Source of the DNA: an uncultured virus (IMG/VR IMGVR_UViG_3300017746_000005)
Taxonomy: Duplodnaviria; Heunggongvirae; Uroviricota; Caudoviricetes
Direction: 5' to 3' (one strand)
Length of the DNA stretch: 64,000 bases
Virus record (IMG/VR): IMGVR_UViG_3300017746_000005
Span: 1-64,000 of that record
Shown: positions 63,597-64,000 of the stretch, piece by piece
Layout of the letters: each line of letters starts with the position of its first letter
Numbering within the stretch: the first letter of the stretch is position 1
The notes under the pieces: model-generated
Databases searched by the model: none
What the model saw: the letters and a program-made list of their open reading frames with translations, nothing else
Told to the model about the DNA's origin: nothing
Made by a program: the position numbers and the translations under genes

Positions 63597-64000
63597 GTAA
63601 AAACTTTGATAGTATTGACGAGTCGTTAGATATTACTCCTTCGGAAGTATTACCCGAAGAAAAACCTGTCGTCAAAAAGAAACCTGTACGGGAAGAGAAG
63701 CCGGATATTGACCGAGACTATGAATATACTAGAGGTCATTTGTATTCCTTGATTGAGAAAGGACAGGAAGCAATTGATGGTATTCTTGAGTTATCACAAG
63801 AATCGGATTCACCTAGAGCTTATGAGGTTGCTGGGCAGTTAATAAAGAATGTTGCGGATACCACAGATAAATTGATGGATCTTCAAAAGAAACTAAAGGA
63901 TGTTAACGAGGAATCGAAAAAGAGTCCTACCAATGTCACGAATAACGCATTGTTTGTTGGAAGTACAGCAGATCTACAAAAGATGCTAAAGCAAGCATCC
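63593..64000 (+). CDS. gp16: terminase small subunit gp16 (runs off the window end)
   Basis: manual translation MSKNFDSIDESLD...DYEYTRGHLYSLIEKGQEAIDGIL......SPRAYEVAGQLIK.VAD.TDKL.DLQKK...VTNNALFVGSTADLQKML. Confidence 0.93.
   Translation, partial: MSKNFDSIDESLDITPSEVLPEEKPVVKKKPVREEKPDIDRDYEYTRGHLYSLIEKGQEAIDGILELSQESDSPRAYEVAGQLIKNVADTTDKLMDLQKKLKDVNEESKKSPTNVTNNALFVGSTADLQKMLKQAS

Noticed and set aside
1..64000. CRISPR arrays, tRNA/rRNA genes, introns/inteins, homing endonucleases, transposases
   Set aside because: No regularly spaced DNA repeats, cloverleaf or rRNA-like segments, or HNH/GIY-YIG/LAGLIDADG/DDE motifs were recognised; intergenic space is very limited.

Overview
The window is part of the genome of a large T4-like (myovirus) marine cyanophage-type phage, and almost all genes are on the + strand. 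It starts with a few small genes, a 2OG-Fe(II) oxygenase and a GT-A glycosyltransferase-like gene behind sigma70-type promoters (1-3.7 kb). The baseplate/tail block follows: gp25, gp6, a gp7-like region apparently split in two around a gp9/gp10-like gene, gp8, a VrlC/DUF4815-like protein, several virion proteins and a 1477-aa fibre (3.7-45.5 kb). The window ends with neck/terminase genes gp13-gp14-gp15-gp16 (59.4-64 kb). Between the fibre gene and gp13 lies a ~14-kb island, the most interesting part. It holds three tandem paralogous Gly-rich-domain proteins with ~10% Cys, a tail-assembly-chaperone-like gene, a GT9 (heptosyltransferase-like) glycosyltransferase and a near-complete split ADP-heptose pathway (HldE kinase and nucleotidyltransferase halves, HAD phosphatase, HldD epimerase, and a cupin but no GmhA). 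It also holds one full-length and two N-domain-only carbamoyltransferases and four 2OG-Fe(II) oxygenases. Late-promoter-like motifs precede the Cys-rich genes, the chaperone and the GT9 operon. My inference is a phage-encoded system that decorates its own Cys-rich fibre-tip proteins with a modified heptose. All family assignments come from motif recognition by eye; no searches were run.
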